DNA of 64,000 bases from Candidatus Hydrogenedentota bacterium (GTDB lineage: Bacteria > Hydrogenedentota > Hydrogenedentia > Hydrogenedentales > SLHB01), in NCBI GenBank assembly GCA_045863295.1, contig BTWA01000008.1:59674-123673 (forward strand). Reading direction: 5' to 3'. The notes beneath the pieces are model-generated. The model saw only the letters and a list, made by a program, of their open reading frames with translations, did no database searches and had not been told where the DNA came from. Every line of letters begins with the position of its first letter. Position 1 is the stretch's first letter. The translations under genes were made by a program, and so were the position numbers. Below are positions 61,124 to 64,000 of this stretch, piece after piece.

Positions 61124-62779
61124 GTGGACTTGCTACAAAACCCGTTTTACCTCCTCGGGGCCACCTCACGCGATAACCGTCAGAGGCTCATGGAGTTGGC
61201 CGATGAACGCAGCTTGCAACAGGATGCCAATGAATGTATGCAGGCACGCTCCGACCTATCGAACCCTCGCAAGCGACTTACGGCCGAAGTCGCGTGGCTT
61301 CCTGGAGCCAGTCCGAAATACGCCCAGAGAGTACTGGCCTGGTTGTCGAAACCCGTTCAAGCGATTCCTCCGAGGGAAACTTTGGACTCCCTTCCTCCCA
61401 TGGCGCGTTCCAATATCCTTGCCAGCGGGATTCAGCGATTGGCGCGTTACGAGAGCGAGACTCTTGCCGAGTGGGTAGTGGAACTTGCAGTCGCCTTCGA
61501 TGACATCGAGCTTCAAGAACTCTGTAAACTCATCAATGAAGAACGGATCGCTGCGGGCTTTCCTGAAGTGACGGACATCTCTGCGCTCGAATCTGAAGTC
61601 GATGCGCGACGGCGCCACTTTCGGCAGGTCATCAAGTCGGCCCTTGACAACTTACCCGCCAAACAGCTTGTTGAGGCAGTCACGATCGCCGTTTCGACCG
61701 CAACAGAGGATGGCGAGGAGCACGGACCGATTCTGATCTCGGATTTGGTCGATTCTTACGAGGTAGAGGCCCAGACCTTTCTCGAAAATGAAGAGGCTAA
61801 TATCGAAACGCTCGTCAAGAAGTTGCGCGCAATGGTCGATGCCGGAGAACCGGATGTTCATTTCGATCCGATGTTCAAGCAGCTCGCCCAAGTCGTGAGA
61901 AACTGGGATATCGTTGCGCAGCCCATTCAAGTGAGCACCAAGAGCCGCGGATTAGACCATAATGCAAGCCACCGTGTCGCTGGTCTAGTGCGAGGGCTGG
62001 CGATTCACATGTTTAATGAGCACGGCAAGCTCGAATATTCTCAATATCTCACCAACTTGATTCAGGAAGTTTTCGCAGAGGTTGGTGAGGTGGCCGAGCG
62101 CACCGCCGAAGATGCCGAAGCCCTGGACGAAATAGCCGAGCAACGAGTCCAAATTCTGGAAATGGCGAAAACCCAGGCGGAGGAGTGGAAACGGGAAATC
62201 ACCTACGAAGCTGACGTAGGTACGATCTTTAAGGACAAACTGCGGATTTCGCCCGAAGGAATCGAGTGGAAAGGCCGCCGCTGGGAACTTGATTCCATTA
62301 CGCGGCTGCGTTGGGGCGGAACACGACATTCCGTCAACGGTATCCCAACAGGCACCACATACCACATTTTCATCGGAAATGGTTCCGCTGGTACATCCAT
62401 TGAGTTGAAGAAAGAGGCGATCTACAGCAATTTCGTAGAGTGCCTGTGGCGCGCCGTTGGTGTCCGCCTGTTGACCGAGTATCTCGAAGGTCTACGCGAA
62501 GGTCAGAATTACCGTTTCGGTTCAGCCGTGATGAGCGATCTTGGCATGGAACTCGAACGCAAGAAGCTTTTCTCCAGTAATGAACGAAGGTTCTGCCGCT
62601 GGAACGAGCTCGTGATCTGGAATGGTCCAGGCGTCTTCTGCATCGGAAAGAAAGAAGACAAAAAGCTCTCGGAAAGCTTTTCGTACCAGGATCAGGACAA
62701 TATCCACATCTTGGAAGCAGCCATCCGGACCTTTTGGAAGCGCGGTGGAGATCGCCTGAGCAATCTCTTGCAGGAATAG
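61124..62779 (+). CDS. Protein with a degenerate J-domain-like N-terminus and helical body
   Basis: NPFYLLGA...ARSDLSNPRKRL; no HPD motif. Confidence 0.65.
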   Translation: MDLLQNPFYLLGATSRDNRQRLMELADERSLQQDANECMQARSDLSNPRKRLTAEVAWLPGASPKYAQRVLAWLSKPVQAIPPRETLDSLPPMARSNILASGIQRLARYESETLAEWVVELAVAFDDIELQELCKLINEERIAAGFPEVTDISALESEVDARRRHFRQVIKSALDNLPAKQLVEAVTIAVSTATEDGEEHGPILISDLVDSYEVEAQTFLENEEANIETLVKKLRAMVDAGEPDVHFDPMFKQLAQVVRNWDIVAQPIQVSTKSRGLDHNASHRVAGLVRGLAIHMFNEHGKLEYSQYLTNLIQEVFAEVGEVAERTAEDAEALDEIAEQRVQILEMAKTQAEEWKREITYEADVGTIFKDKLRISPEGIEWKGRRWELDSITRLRWGGTRHSVNGIPTGTTYHIFIGNGSAGTSIELKKEAIYSNFVECLWRAVGVRLLTEYLEGLREGQNYRFGSAVMSDLGMELERKKLFSSNERRFCRWNELVIWNGPGVFCIGKKEDKKLSESFSYQDQDNIHILEAAIRTFWKRGGDRLSNLLQE

Positions 62780-62847
62780 AGCGCTATACCACTTTAGGAT
62801 TGGCAACACGCCAGGCGTTTGGTCGCGAGGAAAAGGAAGCAACACTG

Positions 62848-64000
62848 ATGGCCGGAACGGACGACAAAGATAAGAAAGGATTTTCTGGTCTCTCCGACTT
62901 GGTGTCCGACATCAGCAAAGCCAGCGACCAATCGGGCACCAGTCCGATTGGTGGGACTACTCCTCCCCCATTACCGAAAGCAACTCCGCCAAAGCCGAAA
63001 GAGACTGTCCCACAAGATACGCATCAAACCCCAACGATGTCGCCCGTGGCTGGCCCCACCGCTAGTCGCGGAGAGGGTGGCGACAATTCCGGCGCAAAGT
63101 GGATCGTTGGCATCGTTGTCGCCATTGTCGCGCTAATCGTCTGGGTTTCCAACAACAGCGAGTCGAACGCCCCAAAGGAACCATATAAAGCGCCAACAAG
63201 CTCGCCTCGTTACAACTACACCCCGTCAGTCTCGCCTGCAACGTCCCCACTAACGAACTGGACGGGGCAAACCTCCAATGTGCGATACGAGAAACCTCCC
63301 GTTGGACAAAACAACGTTTTATCGGTGCCCCAGATTTGCTGGTGCCTCCGCGAGGACATTCGTATCGAAACCATGAGAGACGTTGCGAACACCGAGGAAA
63401 GTGTCACCAAGTTTAACGGCCTCGTCGACGACTACAACAGCCGTTGCGGGAGTTTCAAATACCGCGAAGGAACTCTTGAGCAGGCCAAACGCACCGTCGA
63501 GTCGCAGCGCAGCGAAATTGTGTCCGAGGCCATCGAAGAAGTGATGCAGTGGGGCCGTTCACCCTCTTTGGCGTTACCAAGCGAGAGCGCGCCCAAGCGG
63601 CCCAACTATCGGGACACACGAGAAGCCCAAGAGCTCTTGACTGCACTGGGATACGACCCCGGCCCCATCGACGGGGACTATGGCCGCTTCACAAGCGATG
63701 CGATAAAGGCATTTCAAAAGGACATGGGACGGCCGCAGAATGGGGCGATTGATGCGGTTATTCTTGACTTATTAAGGAAAGCGAAGGCGGCACTTAAGCC
63801 AATAGCCAGCACACCCGCCCCGGCTCCGCCAATTCAGACGAATCCGGCACCCGTGGTCAATGCACCATCAGTGTCGCCAAGCGACTCTTCCTATTTTACA
63901 CGGGGGTCTTCGCAGGACGACGTATTGAAAATCCAAGGAAGACCTGACGACATCAATGACTACGCGTCACTTGGCCATGAGGTATGGAATTATGGCTACA
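62848..64000 (+). CDS. Membrane protein with a peptidoglycan-binding domain (3'-truncated, missing from the ORF track)
   Basis: Translated by hand, open to the window end; TM KWIVGIVVAIVALIVWV; AQELLTALGYDPGPIDGDYGRFTSDAIKAFQ. Confidence 0.85.
   Translation, partial: MAGTDDKDKKGFSGLSDLVSDISKASDQSGTSPIGGTTPPPLPKATPPKPKETVPQDTHQTPTMSPVAGPTASRGEGGDNSGAKWIVGIVVAIVALIVWVSNNSESNAPKEPYKAPTSSPRYNYTPSVSPATSPLTNWTGQTSNVRYEKPPVGQNNVLSVPQICWCLREDIRIETMRDVANTEESVTKFNGLVDDYNSRCGSFKYREGTLEQAKRTVESQRSEIVSEAIEEVMQWGRSPSLALPSESAPKRPNYRDTREAQELLTALGYDPGPIDGDYGRFTSDAIKAFQKDMGRPQNGAIDAVILDLLRKAKAALKPIASTPAPAPPIQTNPAPVVNAPSVSPSDSSYFTRGSSQDDVLKIQGRPDDINDYASLGHEVWNYGY

Larger units (their letters stand above)
10870..64000. 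mobile_element. Island 2 / accreted accessory region; right border not seen
   Basis: Integrase beside the tRNA fragment, then TerS, Rep, defence genes and a TA pair; no housekeeping genes up to the window end; true extent uncertain. Confidence 0.5.

Overview
Positions 1-5.7 kb look like host chromosome: a transmembrane ECF sigma factor-thioredoxin fusion and tRNA-Val(TAC). By gene style the host may be Candidatus Hydrogenedentota or planctomycete-like (inference only). Two islands sit in tandem at tRNA-Val. Island 1 (5766-10869, about 5.1 kb) is satellite-like, with a tyrosine integrase, AlpA, a Rep protein with internal iterons and a DUF1580 HTH. Its att core lies inside the integrase gene, so excision would swap a 6-aa integrase tail for an in-frame 87-aa tail parked at the other end. 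Island 2 starts at 10870 and no right border is visible. It has a second integrase and a paralogous DUF1580-Rep module plus TerS. A 24-kb SNF2 helicase / DUF1156 methyltransferase / DUF499 ATPase locus follows, packed with accessory genes (sacsin-like ATPase, DUF262, AlbA, ParA, SIR2, GxxExxY). Then come two giant surface proteins, an AbiE pair with a broken toxin, and a GrpE-Hsp70-AAA-J-like-PG-binding operon. The most unusual feature is a complete four-helix-bundle (IVS-type) gene nested on the same strand, in the +1 frame, inside the still-open methyltransferase ORF and bracketed by nested inverted repeats. All family calls come from reading motifs by eye; no searches were run.
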